The position numbers and the translations under genes were made by a program. DNA of 64,000 nt from Octopus sinensis (Eukaryota): NCBI RefSeq assembly GCF_006345805.1, contig NC_043007.1:19406001-19470000 (forward strand), given 5' to 3'. Under the pieces are notes generated by a model. The model made no database searches and was not told the DNA's origin. It saw only the letters and a list, made by a program, of their open reading frames with translations. This document shows, piece by piece, positions 37,752 through 50,028 of the stretch (the stretch's first letter is position 1; each line of letters opens with the position of its first letter).

Positions 37752-37821
37752 GCCAGATAACTGAAGAGGTGGTGTTGTGGATTTCCACCTTGGCATCCGA
37801 AACTCAGAGTTTTATCTTGGC
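37752..37821 (+). ncRNA. Type I hammerhead ribozyme with intact catalytic core
   Basis: GCCAGATAA-CTGAAGA-GG...(GTGG/CCAC hairpin)...CC-GAAA-CTCAGAG-TT-TTATCTTGGC. Stem I is GATAA/TTATC plus GCCA/TGGC, G10.1-C11.1 is intact, and the cleavage triplet is GUU. It lies in a TA-flanked module (about 37380-37860). Confidence 0.8.
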
Positions 37822-38654
37822 TATTGAATAATTGTCACATATTATTTTACAGGTACATATATATATATATATATATATATATGGCAAATAAGAGAAAATG
37901 GAGAGGATGCAAAACGACATACATCAACTGGTAGACATTCCAGTGTGTCTATTTATTCAAAAGTATTAGAAAGTATTAGAAGAATACATACACATGTAGT
38001 AACTGTGTGTTACACACACACATGTATATGTGTGTGCGTGTGTGTTTGTGGTCTGTGTTTGTCCCTTCACCATTGCTTGAATAAAAGAATTAGCTGCATG
38101 CATAGATGTGGCTATGTTGTTGAGAAGCTTGAATTCAAGCCACGAGGTCTTGAGTTCAGTCCCACTGTGAGACACCTTGGGCAGGTGCCTTTTACAATAG
38201 CTCTCAGCCAACCAAACCTTGTGAGTGCATTGGCAAGAAGGAAACTGAAAGAAGCCCACTGTGTGTGAATGTATGCATGCATACATACATATAGGTATGT
38301 ATGTATGTTTGTATGTATGTATGTATATATCCATGGGTGTGTGTGTTTTCATGTTTGTCTGTCACCACCTTGTGGCAGAAAAGGAAGAAGGAACCAGGGC
38401 CCATGAATTACTAAAGCAGAAAATGGCACATTAATGTCACAAATTACCTTCTGACCAGAGATTTGGTGTGACTGTTTATATCAGTGTGGCTCTGCTAGAG
38501 GTCCCTCTTCTCAGGGCCAAATACCAGAGTTAAGTGAGGTAACACTTTATGTCTACCAACCAAGATATGATTCAGAAGTGAGTGGGGATGTTGATAGTCT
38601 GTAACATGGATTGATTAGCGATAACGTGTGACATACAGGAATGGTTAACACAGT

Positions 38655-39190
38655 TGGCTGTGACATACAATGGACTATGTTACAAAGAGACACAATGGTT
38701 TGTGTTACAGAGTGACATACATAAGGTTATGATACAAAGGAGCACTGATCTGTGTTACAAGGTAATGTACAATATACTATGTTACAAAGTGACACAGTGG
38801 CCTATGTTACAGAATGACATACAACAGGTTATGGTACAAAGTGACACAGTGATCTGTGTTACAAAGTGATGTACAATGGGCTATGTTATAAAGTGATGCA
38901 GTAGCCTGTGTTACAGAGTGACATACAACAGTTTATGTTACAAAGAGACACTGATCTGAGTTACAAAGTAATGTACAGTGGGCTATGTTACAAAGTGACA
39001 CAGTGGCCTGTGTTACAGAGTGACATACAAGTTATGGTACAAAGTGACATTGTGTTACAAAGTAATGTACAATGTGCTATGTTACAAAGTGACACAGTGG
39101 TCAGTGTTACAGAGTGACACACAACAGGTTATGTTACAAAGTGACACAGTGATCTGTTACAAAGTGATGTACAGTGGGCTATGTAATGTA
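38655..39190. repeat. Minisatellite with about 25-bp monomers (TGTTACA(A/G)AGTGA core) grouped into about 102-104-bp tetramers
   Basis: TGACA(T/C)ACA anchor at 38713, 38815, 38919, 39021 and 39115. Confidence 0.9.
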
Positions 39191-39738
39191 ACAGAGTTGG
39201 CGACATAGATAGGTTTTTAATGAAAGAAGTGTCTTTCATGTTTAGAAAGCTGTGTTCCTGACTGATATTTGTGTGAAAAGCACTTGTCACCTTCACAGAA
39301 TAACAATTGCCAATCTGTTTACATTGCACAATGAGAGCCACTGTTCTGGGTCACAAAGAGACACCTACCAGCTGGTCTCACAGACTGAATCACATCAACC
39401 TAGTTTTTTCGTTTACTACCTTATACACACTAACCTCAATATACTTTCAGGTAGACAGGAGAGAGAAATGGGAAGCTGTGCTGGTCGTTTTTCTTACCAA
39501 CAGCATTATTAAAAAAAGCAAAAATGGCATGGAATGCATTTGACAAATAAACTAGAAATCATTTTAGCCTTGGAGTTTTCAAAGCTGAACAAACGAAAAT
39601 ATGCGACTTCTGTTTCATACGATCTGTAGTGATAACAAATCAAATTTTCCTGAGTGTTTGACTTAAATTTATCTTTTTATATCTCGTTTTTGGATTTGGT
39701 TTGCAAGATTCTTAATATGAGTTCGTGTGTTGAAGCAT

Positions 39739-40147
39739 ATTCTGTTGTGTCTGGGGAGAGTCATTTTCTTTTTATGCCTTATTATTCAACACACTCACCG
39801 GTAAAATTTCCCCTTTTATGACAATAAAAATTTCCACTTTTAGGACAATAAAAATAAGAAATCAGAAATATTAAATTTCTAAATATCTCATAGAGACATG
39901 AGCGGTGGTGGAGCGGTAGAGTGGTTGTATACTGTCAACTTAACGTGACAGTCCCGTATGGGAATTACACCACTGCTGTTTAGCCCTAGGAAGCGTTCGA
40001 TGCTTCCTAGGGCTAAACAGCGGTGGTGTAAATCTCATACGGGACTGTCACGTTAAACATAAGAAAAAAAAAGGGGAAATTTTACCGGTGAGTGTGTTGA
40101 ATAATAAGGCACAAGAAGAAAATGACTCTCCCCAGACACAACAGAAT
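39739..40147. repeat. Nested fold-back: 79-bp outer arms and 55-bp inner arms
   Basis: 39739-39817 vs 40069-40147 (2 mismatches). 39940-39994 vs 40002-40056 (3 mismatches, 7-nt loop). Confidence 0.93.
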
Positions 40148-40407
40148 TATCTTTTTATATTTTTTCACTATGATTATGTTCTTGTTTTTCAAGTTGTTGA
40201 GAAGTCATATATGAATTTGTGATGTTCATTCACTTCCCAAGACATTTACCAGCTAATTTCATCAACTAGATTTTTAATTTTATTTCAACACAATTTGAAC
40301 ATTCCAATCTCCAAACGTTTTCAGATACACCATTCCTACATACATGCATACATAGGTGCATGCATGTACACACACATACATACATACATACACACATACA
40401 TACATAC

Positions 40408-40470
<63 letters not shown>

Positions 40471-40567
40471 CATGCATGCATGCATACATGCATACATACA
40501 TGGATACATACATACATGCATACATACATATATGCATGCTTATATACATACATACATATATGCATGC

Positions 40568-40595
<28 letters not shown>

Positions 40596-40598
<3 letters not shown>

Positions 40599-41150
40599 GG
40601 CATTGATGAAAATGTATTATATGAAGGCACTGTGAATAAAGATAGAGTGACCCGAAAATATTACACCAGACTTAGGAAAATATGGCAGTTGGAACTCTCC
40701 TCTTACAACAAAACAATATCCCACAATGCATTTGCAGTGCCAGTGCTGATCCCAACATTTGGGATTCTTCATTGGTCTGTAGAGGAAATCCGCTCCATAG
40801 ATATCAAAACTCATAAAATCCTGACAACAACTGGGAACTTCCACAGAAACAGTGATGTTGACAGGTTCTACCTAAGAAGAAATGAAGGTGGTAGAGGCCT
40901 CAGTGCAGACGGCCTTAGAATGCCGTATGGTATCACTCAGACAGCATCTGCTAAACAACAGCAGCAAAAATAAATATATAAATGCAGTGCTGAAAAGTGA
41001 AGTGAGCAACATTGTACGGGTTGGCAGTGAGTTCCTCAAGAAACACTCTCTTCCAGATGATCTCCTTATACAGCCCCAGAACAGCTGGGCTCTTTTACCT
41101 CAGAGAAGACCTGGATGGAAAGCACTCAGCATACAAGTGGAACAGTAAAA
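40596..41150 (+). mobile_element. Internal fragment of an R4/Dong-clade LINE ORF (RT C-terminal region), frameshifted
   Basis: GIDEN...YYTRLRKIWQLELSSYNKTISHNAFAVPVLIPTFGILHWSVEEIRSIDIKTHKILTTTGNFHRNSDVDRFYLRRNEGGRGL matches the recalled AVPVL.YSFG..W...D...RK.LT....H..SDVDRLYL.R..GGRGL motif. Confidence 0.9.
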
Positions 41151-41405
41151 ATATGCAAGACTTTTCTCAAGTTCTAAATGTGAATTTGTCTGTTTTAACT
41201 ACATCCCAAAGATGGAACCTTGTATCTTTGTTGGAAACTGGTGCCCTCCTCAGTGGAAGATTTATAATAATTAAAAAAAAAAAGTGACATACATACATAC
41301 ATACAAACTGATCCCAGTTGGACCTTCTCAGGTCTCAGTCAAACCGTCCAACCCATGGTAGCATGGAAAACGGACATTAAACGATGATGATGATAAATAT
41401 CAGAA

Positions 41406-41443
<38 letters not shown>

Positions 41444-41869
41444 AATATATATTATATATATATAAATATCAGAACACACACACACACACATATATATATC
41501 ATCATCATCATCATTTAGCGTCCGTTTTCCATGCTAGCATGGGTTGGACGGTTTAACTGGGGTCTGTGAAGCCAGAAGGCTTCATCAGGCCCAGTCAGAT
41601 TTGGCAGTGTTTCTGACTGGGCCTGATATATGTAAATATATACCTGTAAATATATATATCAGGCCATCAGTAATTACTCAGGGTAGGCAATTGGTGACCT
41701 TTATGTAGTAAAACACATAAAAAAATAAGCAAAATACAGGCACACGACTGAGTTGAAGGCAGATCTATTTCTACCTTTATAGCATGTAAAGAAAACATTG
41801 TTGTAGGAGTGTATGCAGCATGTGTACTACAGCAGTATTATGCACAGCTTAAATACTGAGATTGAAAAG

Positions 41870-42053
41870 CAGGGGCGTATTATGCCTACCTAATCTACAA
41901 AAGAAATGAAATATTTTGCATTTTATGCAGAGTAATCAGAGTAACCTTATTGAATTAGGTGCACATTTTGTCATAAAAAGAGAATGTTGCAATTGATCTA
42001 TTTTATTCAAGGTAGGCACTGCCTACCTTGCCTATGTAAGTGGTACGTCCCTG
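41870..42053. mobile_element. Small MITE with 10-bp TIRs CAGGGGCGTA / TACGTCCCTG
   Basis: TIRs are visible with one mismatch, plus internal TGCCTACC motifs. No TSD found. Confidence 0.5.
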
Positions 42054-42183
42054 GTATATATAGATATATACACATATATAACACAAAATTATTTTATTCC
42101 ACAGGGGTAGAAATGTAGGTAAAGAAAGAAGTTGAAAATGCACTGAGAATAGAAAATGTTTTTTATTATTAATATATCTGAAG

Positions 42184-42222
42184 CTTTAACCGGTTTCTCA
42201 GTTTGCACTGATTTTCAAAAAG
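42184..42222 (-). ncRNA. Degenerate minimal hammerhead in the Penelope pLTR
   Basis: CTTT-TTGAAAA-TCAGT-GCAA-ACTGA-GAAAC-CG-GTT-AAAG. Stems I and II are perfect and stem III is the palindrome ACCGGT, but the core has two changes from CUGANGA. Confidence 0.65.
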
Positions 42223-42785
42223 ATCAAATAGAAAGACGTGGATTACGTCGCAACTGTTTTGCTTCTGAAGCTTGTTTTGAAGTGTTTGAAGCTTGCCCTA
42301 TTTTATAGGGAGTTCATGGCTTAAATTAGTATCTGTTTTGAATAGGATTTGATTGGTAGAGGATAGTCACCTGACTGGTCTTAGACATTTTTGTAGGTTC
42401 CCCGCTATGTCTGTGTGTTAGTATCAAGTGACAATGTTTGGCGTTGTAAGTTAAGGCTGGCATGGATGACTGCACAAGTCCAAACAATCAATGCTCTGAA
42501 TGTTTGTAGGGAACGAACTCATGATTAAGTTTATAACCTTTTGTCCGTGCATTAGTGTCACATGACAGTATAATTTGCGCCTAAAAAGAAAGCCAACCAT
42601 GGTTGAGTGAACATGTTTACTTATAATCAAGGCACTCCAAATTTAATCTGTCTGGTGGGAGAGTGGACAGGAGTCGTTTGTGTGTAGTCCAGTGGCTAAA
42701 GTTTAGGTTGTTAGCTTCATGGGTTCCTCATGATAATTGGCAGAATGAGATTTTTATGTGAATAGTCATTTGTGTATGTACTCTG

Positions 42786-43139
42786 TTAAAGTGCTGGTTT
42801 GTACTTTAGTATGAAAGTATTTTCTTTGTTCATCCATGTTTCATCTGTGGTATTTGCCGAACATATGTACAGTGGGAAGACCTGCAATTTGGGGGACTTA
42901 TTTTTTGGACATATGTCTATGTGTCCACTCAGTGGAATCTGTCTAATACTAGGGTCTCGTATTTGTTGTCAGTGAATGGTCAGTCTGTTTCTTAGAGTAA
43001 GCTTTGTTTGACCTATGTAATCTTCATTATATTCTTGACATTTCATAGCATGTATTAAATTCCTAGAAGAATATGAAAATTGACTTTTTACAGCAAAAAT
43101 CTATCCTGATTTGAATTTGTACATTGTGTTTTCAATAAG
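42786..43139 (-). pseudogene. Penelope-type GIY-YIG endonuclease domain with two in-frame stops
   Basis: My translation: KFKSG*IFAVKSQFSYSSRNLIHAMKCQEYNEDYIGQTKLTLRNRLTIH*QQIRDPSIRQIPLSGHIDICPKNKSPKLQVFPLYICSANTTDETWMNKENTFILKYKPAL*. It shows NLI(Y>H), YIGQT, the conserved R and catalytic E, and remnants of the CCHH motif. Confidence 0.92.
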
Positions 43140-43333
43140 ACTGTCTTGAATACTTTCATACAAAAACTATTCTTAATGCATTTTCAACTTCTATTTTTCT
43201 TTTATATATATCTAAGTCACAATGTATGGACTCAAGTAACCCGATAGTACTCATCAAAAGAAGCTCCTTAATGTGTCATTCTACAAAACCTATAGAATAT
43301 ATCATACAATACAAGAGAAAAGGATTTGGAGTG

Positions 43334-43696
43334 TATAAAGTCATAAATGACAGAGAAATAATAAGAGTAGAAATTTTATCTAAGAATAAGAAAATTCAAA
43401 TATCATGACAAATTGTTTCGTAACTTTAATTTCTTGTAATGTTGCATTGAGAATTTACTATTTAACAAAGCTTTTCTTTCACCTGAGGGCGTAGCTTAAA
43501 TTCTACATTATTTTTAAAGGCTTTTTTTGTATTTTGCATTAATGCAGACATATAACTAATTTATTTATTGTTAAATATTATGATATAGATTATTTACAAG
43601 TTTTTAAGTTACGAAACAATTTGTCATGATATCTGAATTTTCTTATTGCTAAATAAAATTTCGCCAAAGTATTTCTTTGTCATTTATGACTTTATA
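43334..43696. mobile_element. MITE with about 105-bp imperfect TIRs, TA-flanked
   Basis: TATAAAGTCATAAATGACA...AAGAAAATTCA(A/G)ATATCATGACAAATTGTTTCGTAACTT is mirrored at about 43594-43696. Confidence 0.8.
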
Positions 43697-43732
<36 letters not shown>

Positions 43733-44639
43733 TGTATGTATATATATATATAATTGCATGGGCTGGCTGTGTGGTTATGAAATTCACTTCTGAACTGCAT
43801 GGTTTCTGGTTCAGTCCCACTGCACAGTAGCATAGGCAAGTGTTTTCAACATTTCAAAGTCAACAAAAACCTTATGATTGGATTTGGTAAATGGAAACTG
43901 AAAGAAGCCCATTGTATGTATATCTATGTATACCATCATCATCATTTAATGTCCAAGCTCAATACTGACATGGGTTGAATAGTGTGACAAAATTCAACAG
44001 GTCCAAAGGCTTCATCATGCTCTGTTTTGGCATGCCCTTTTTAATGCTAACCACATTACTGAATATACTGGTGCCCTTTTGTGGCACCAGCCCTAATGAG
44101 GTTACCATGTTGCCTGCAAGACTAAAAGCCCCTTTGACTGAATGGGGCTACAATAGAGAGGAAAGGAGGCGGTCTTTGGGGTTAGGAGAAAGGACGAGAA
44201 CAGAACCTGGCCTGGGTATGATACCCTCCTGTATAACTGAGCATTAGAGTCTAGATCAGAGAATCCTGTAGAACTGAGAGCTTGAGTCTAGGCCAGAGAG
44301 AGCTTCATTAACATCTGGTAGGATGGTACTATGTTGTTGTTTGTTCCTTCTCGAGCCATGCCTGGCTCATAAGGGCCAGTTTCCCGGTTTCCTTGCCGTA
44401 TAGGTTCCCCACCTGGTTGAGTCACTGGTCCATCGCAGGTGAGCTGCAAGATGCAGGAGGAAAGGATGAGAAAGTTGTGGCGAAAAAGTTAGCAGAAGTT
44501 CGCCATTACTTTCTGCCGGAGCCGCGTGGAGCTTAGGTGTTTCGCTCATAAACACACACATTGTCTGGTCTGAGATTTGAACCCTCGATCCCTTGACCAT
44601 GAGTCCGCTGCTCTAACCACTAGGCCATGTGCCTCCACG

Positions 44640-44860
44640 ATTGTACGATGTGAGAGGAAGTCACTGGTACAAGAAACCAAAGATGCAGAAACTCATAGGC
44701 CAGAGGTTTTTTTATCAAATTTACATTCAGACACAGGTGAATGCTTTGCTGATGTCAAGGGCAACTGCATTGCCTCCTTCAAACTTTTTGAGGATAAGAG
44801 CCCATGGGTAAGTAACATAAAACTGAGTATAGACACACATATACACCCAATCGTGTAGAG
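44640..44860 (-). mobile_element. Decayed RT fragment of a CR1/Jockey-group LINE, cut by SINE C
   Basis: YVTYPWALILKKFEGGNAVALDISKAFTCV*, then frameshifted KPLAYEF..SLVSCTSDFLSHRT. Matches the recalled ALDISKAFDRVWH...KL.SYG...S.FLS.R motif. Confidence 0.82.
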
Positions 44861-45628
44861 ATAGGGCATTTGAAGTTTATCAGAGACTGGAGTGAATGAA
44901 ATGGGGAGTAAAACATAAACCATAGAAAAAATAAAATTAATAAAGCTAGAAATTTAAAATTATTATCTCCAATAACTCATCTCAGATATTTGGAGATTTA
45001 GACATGACAGAAGTGCTTTAAGTGAAGTGGTAACAAATTACACGGCAATATTGTTAATATAAATTTCATTTGACTGGGCAAAACGCCAGCAGGGAAGATA
45101 ATACCAGCAGAAGATACTGGTTAAAGAGTACACAGTGTGCCAAAGAAGTGTTTTGGTTAACAACACAGCACATCCTGACATCCTGCATGTTAATGCAGTG
45201 AGATATAATTTCTAAAGGGCTTTGAGGGGCTCATTCCCCGAGTTATGTTCTTAAAAGAAATGGAGAGACACAAGGAATGGGGTTTTTATTTTTGGGGTTT
45301 TTTTTCTCTTAGAAATGAATTCAGTGTAACTTGGGGAACATTCCCAAAAATGCCAGTATATTTCTGAAACGAGACACAGAATTAAGTGTGCAGCTGAAAG
45401 ATGTAATAAAACATCTGCAATAAATTTGAAATCAAGACTTATGCATTGGCAGGCTAATACTGTATCCACTTCATCATATCATTCCTACACATCCTGCACA
45501 TTTAGCAGGAACCGTCAAAGAAGCCTTTACATAGTTGTTCAACCTGCTAAAAATACCAGTCAACGCACATCCTACTGCTATGAAAAGGGAAGGAAACTTT
45601 GAACAATGTTCAACCTGCTAAAAATACC

Positions 45629-45854
45629 TAATTCTTTATTACCCACAAGGGGCTAAACATAGAGTGGACAAACAAGGACAGACATAGGTATTAAGTCGAT
45701 TACATCGACCCCAGTGTGTAACTGGTACTTAATTTATCGACCCTGAAAGGATGAAAGGCAAAGTGGGCCTCGGCGGAATTTGAACTCAGAACGTAGCGGC
45801 AGACGAAATACCGCTAAGCATTTCGCCTGGCGTGCTATCGTTTCTGCCAGCTCG
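45629..45854 (-). mobile_element. SINE family A with 15-bp TSD CCTGCTAAAAATACC inside a 71-bp tandem duplication
   Basis: TSD at 45614-45628 and 45855-45869. The duplicated unit starts at 45543 and 45614. Confidence 0.9.
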
Positions 45855-46240
45855 CCTGCTAAAAATACCAGTCAAAGCGCATCCTACTACTATGAAAAGG
45901 GAAGGAAACTTTGAACAAAATAGTCCTTGAATTACAAAGTGACAGGATGGTCACATTTGGATTGCCTTTGATCATAGGCCTATTTCACAAGGACTGACTT
46001 GAGAATAGAAACCCTTTGCAATCTAACAAACCAAGAAGGTGCCCCTGCATGGTCGCTATTTCTCAAACCACACCTTATTAATTGTATAAAAAAAAAAAAA
46101 AAGAACCACTGTGTAACAGTCCCCTGATTGGCAAATAGATGAGGTGGTCACTTTTAGAATGTCTTTGATAATAGGTCTGCTGAATCAGGGCTGACCTGAG
46201 GGGAAACAACAATCTTCAACACACTGCCACATCACAGCTA

Positions 46241-46943
46241 CCACCAAGGTAGACTTTGCCTTTCATCCTTTTGGGGGTCGATTAAATAAGTACCAGTTAC
46301 GCACTGGGGTCGATATAATCGACTTAATCCCTTTGTCTGTCCTTGTTTGTCCCCTCTGTGTTTAGCCCCTTGTGGGTAGTAAAGAAATAGGTATTACGTC
46401 TGCCGTTACGTTCTGAGTTCAAATTCCACCGAGGTTGACTGTGCCTTTCATCCTTTCGGGGTCGATTAAATAAGTACCAGTTACGCACTGGGGTCGATAT
46501 AATCGACTTAATCCCTTTGTCTGTCCTTGTTTGTCCCCTCTGTGTGTAGCCCCTTGTGGGTAGTAAAGAAATAGGTATTACGTCTGCCGCTACGTTCTGA
46601 GTTCAAATTCCACCGAGGTCGACTGTGCCTTTCATCCTTTCGGGGTCGATTAAATAAGTACCAGTTACGCACTGGGGTCGATATAATCGACTTAATCCCT
46701 TTGTCTGTCCTTGTTTGTCCCCTCTGTGTTTAGCCCCTTGTGGGTAGTAAAGAAATAGGTATTACGTCTGCCGTTACGTTCTGAGTTCAAATTCCACCGA
46801 GGTCGACTGTGCCTTTCATCCTTTCGGGGTCGATTAAATAAGTACCAGTTACGCACTGGGGTCGATGTAATCGACTTAATCCATTTGTCTGTCCTTGTTT
46901 GTCCCCTCTGTGTTTATCCCCCCCCCGTGGGCAATAAAGAAAT
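46241..46943 (+). mobile_element. Head-to-tail array of box-A-less SINE A units (184-bp period)
   Basis: Junction AAAGAAATA|GGTATT at 46390, 46574 and 46758. Confidence 0.95.
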
Positions 46944-47464
46944 GATGGTGATGGTGAAGATGATGAAGATGATGATGGTGATGGTGAGGATGATGACAAT
47001 CATAATGATGATGAACACTCCTACAACAAGATGTTTTTTTTCAAATGTGTTCCATTTGTATGGGATGGAGGAGGGGTGTCGAGGGTGTGTCATTGTGTGT
47101 GTAGGAGAGGTTATGGTTGTTGTAATCCGTTAGAAGAGAAGGAAAAAAAAGTTCCTGAAAAACACTAAAGAAATTCCAAGTGGGGCCAACAGGAAGGTGC
47201 TCCCTTATCAGCTGATAGCATTTGGCAATGAAATATTTATTTTGGCAGAACACGAGGATTTCTGGTTTATCATATACAATGCAAGGAAGAAATCAATGAG
47301 CATTATAGTAGAGGAAATGTGAAGTGGTGGCATTCATGCCTTTTTTTCCTGGCCATTAGAGAATGAATTGTGAGGAGGTCAGCTTGGTTACAAACTTTAT
47401 TTGAGGCTGATAACTTGCATACAGGCCACTACACACACTCCATGTAATAAAAATAATAATAATG

Positions 47465-47499
<35 letters not shown>

Positions 47500-49234
47500 T
47501 TCTACTATGGGCACAAGGCCTGAAATTATGGGGGAGGGCAATAGTCGATTACATTGACCCCAATGTTTCACTGGTACTTAATTTATCGACCCTGAAAGGA
47601 TGACAGGCAAAGTTGACCTTGGTGGAGTTTGAACTCAGAATGTAAAGACAGGCGAAATACCGCTAAGCATTTCGCCCTGCATGCTAACGATTCTGTCAGC
47701 TTGCTGCATTAATGATAATAATAATAATAATAATAATGATAATAACAAGAGCACTCAGAGAGTGCCAAACTCTGCCTAGGCAACGATTAGCCAGAGATGA
47801 TTTTAAAAATGAGAATATCTGAAATAAACTCGACTTCTCTCACAGATGAGAATACTAAAACTTAACCCGACCGCCATCAAAAATAAAGTGAAAAAACAGG
47901 AAAAACAGTGGTGATGATGATGATGATGATTACTAACATTGGTCCTTGACCTCACATTGTCCTTTTAGGGAGGGGTATCGTCGATTGCATAGCAACCCCA
48001 ATACTAGACTGGTATTTGCTGTAACAATTGATGGTAATAATTCACTGATATAATACACAAAAGCACACAATTTGGAGGGGAGGGGCCTAACAGAGCGGGG
48101 AGAGCATAGTTAATTGTAGATTGACAGCAGTACTTTGCTGCTGCTGCTGCTGCTGTTTGTTTGTTTGTGGAGCGAACGGTCTTCGTCCCAGAGCTCGCAA
48201 GATAGGAGAAGTCCGAAACGTGGTCCTTTGCTATTCGTAAGACCCACAAAAGAGAGAAAGCAGGTCAACCCCTGACACAGAGAGCATCGACGGATGGATG
48301 AATGCGCATCCAGGCTCAGTGGTTGTGTAGGAAGTCGGGGACAAGAAACAGGAAGAAAGAGTGAGAGAAAGTTGGGGCGAAAGAGTACTACAGGGGTCGC
48401 CACACCCCCACTGCCGGGACCTCGTGGAGCTTTAGGTGTTTTTCACTCAATAAACACACACAACGCCCGGTCTGGGAATCGAAACCATGACCCTCCAACT
48501 GCGAGTCTGCTGCCCTAACCACTAGGCCATTGCGCCTCCACTTGCTGCTGCTGCTACTACTACTACTAATATAGGGTGTTCAAAAAGTCTCTCTACAGTG
48601 AAACAGAAATCAGCCTAGGAAGTGCTCAATCACATCGACCCCAGTGCAAAGTTGACATTGGTGGGATTTGAACTCAGAATGTAAAGGCAGACAGGAAATT
48701 ACACAAGGTGGTATTTTTGCCCAGTGTGCTAACAATTCAGCTGCCCACCCTTATACTACCCTGTAATAAAGATAATAACAACAGCCACAGGGAAGTTATG
48801 AACCTGTGGTACAGATCTTCCAAATACAGAGATGAGGATGATGGTGGAGATGGTGGAGATGGTGGTGGGATTTCAGCCAATTTGCTAAGTAGTTGCAGGA
48901 AGATAAGGAGTGGGTGGTGGCGATGGTGTGTCTGTGTGTGTCTGCTGCTGAGGTGGGGTGGGGTGGGGTGGAGGAGAGGCATTAAATTAGTTCTTTCAGG
49001 GGTCAAGGAATTCCAATACCAATGGTAAATTTCCTCCTTAACATTCCATCGTAATATATATATATATTTACTGAAGCCCAGACTCCATCTTACGTACTCC
49101 CTTCAATACACACACACAACCATAAACACACACACACAAATGCACACACACACAACCATAGATATTCTAACCAAACACATGTGAACTCTGAATGCACAAA
49201 CACTCACTGATACACACCTTATCTAAATAACACT

Positions 49235-49625
49235 TAACCCTCCCTCTCTTTCTTCCTTCCTTTCATTCTTTCTTTCTGTCTTTCTATCTTTCTTTCTGTC
49301 TTCCTTCCTTCCTTCCTTCCTTCCTTCCTTTCATTCTTTCCTTCCTTCTTTCTGTCTTCCTTCCTTCCTTTCATTCTTTCCTTCTTTCTTTCTGTCTTTC
49401 TTTCTTTCTTTCTGCCTTCCTTCCTTTCATTCTTTCTTTCTTTCTGTCTTCTTTCTTCCTTCCTTCCTTTCTTCCTTCCTGCATTCCTTCCTTCCTTTCT
49501 TTCTGTCTTTCTTCCTTCCTTCCTGCCTTTCTTTCTTTCATTCTTTCTTCCTTCCTTCCTTCCTTTCTTCTTTCTTTCTTTCCTTTCTCCTTTCTTTCTC
49601 TCTCTCTGCCTTTCTTTATTATTTT
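49235..49625. repeat. (TTCC/TTCT)n polypyrimidine microsatellite
   Basis: Directly visible. Confidence 0.95.
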
Positions 49626-50028
49626 CCTTCTCTCTCATGTATGCCAGTGATATTCATTTACAAATATTTCACAGCCAAACAGACACACATTCATGCATGC
49701 ACGCACACATACACGCACGCACGCACACACACTCTCTCTCTCTCACACACACACACAAACACAAGGAAGCCACTACATGAACAATCTTCTACAAGAAGCT
49801 GGCTGCATGATACATGGCTCATCAGGTGGACCACACTCTAACAAAAAAACAATATATATATATGTGAGGTATACTTGCCATCTCAATATGGCTAACACCT
49901 AAGGGTGGGTGTTACTGTAGCTTGTAACCCCAGGAGAACATCTCCTCCAGCTGGCTTTAGGCACACTTTCTGTCCCCTTATGGTATTTGCAAAGCGAGGT
50001 CACCCTTCCCTTGTCAACCTAAGTGATA

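Larger units (their letters stand above)
42120..43195 (-). mobile_element. 5'-truncated Penelope-like element: GIY-YIG domain, pseudo-LTR, hammerhead relic and inverted terminal segment
   Basis: Contains the GIY-YIG frame at 42786-43139. The 26-bp segment at about 42127-42152 is repeated inverted at about 43170-43195. The pLTR is shared with 15075-15780. Confidence 0.9.

Noticed and set aside
44565-44638. tRNA genes (also heads at 12000-12071, 17325-17396, 48470-48541, 20330-20401)
   Set aside because: Boxes A and B are present, but acceptor and anticodon stems do not pair and each continues into a SINE body.
44577-44858. Plus-strand ORF with a GGTAAGT donor
   Set aside because: Explained as the antisense of a decayed LINE RT fragment.
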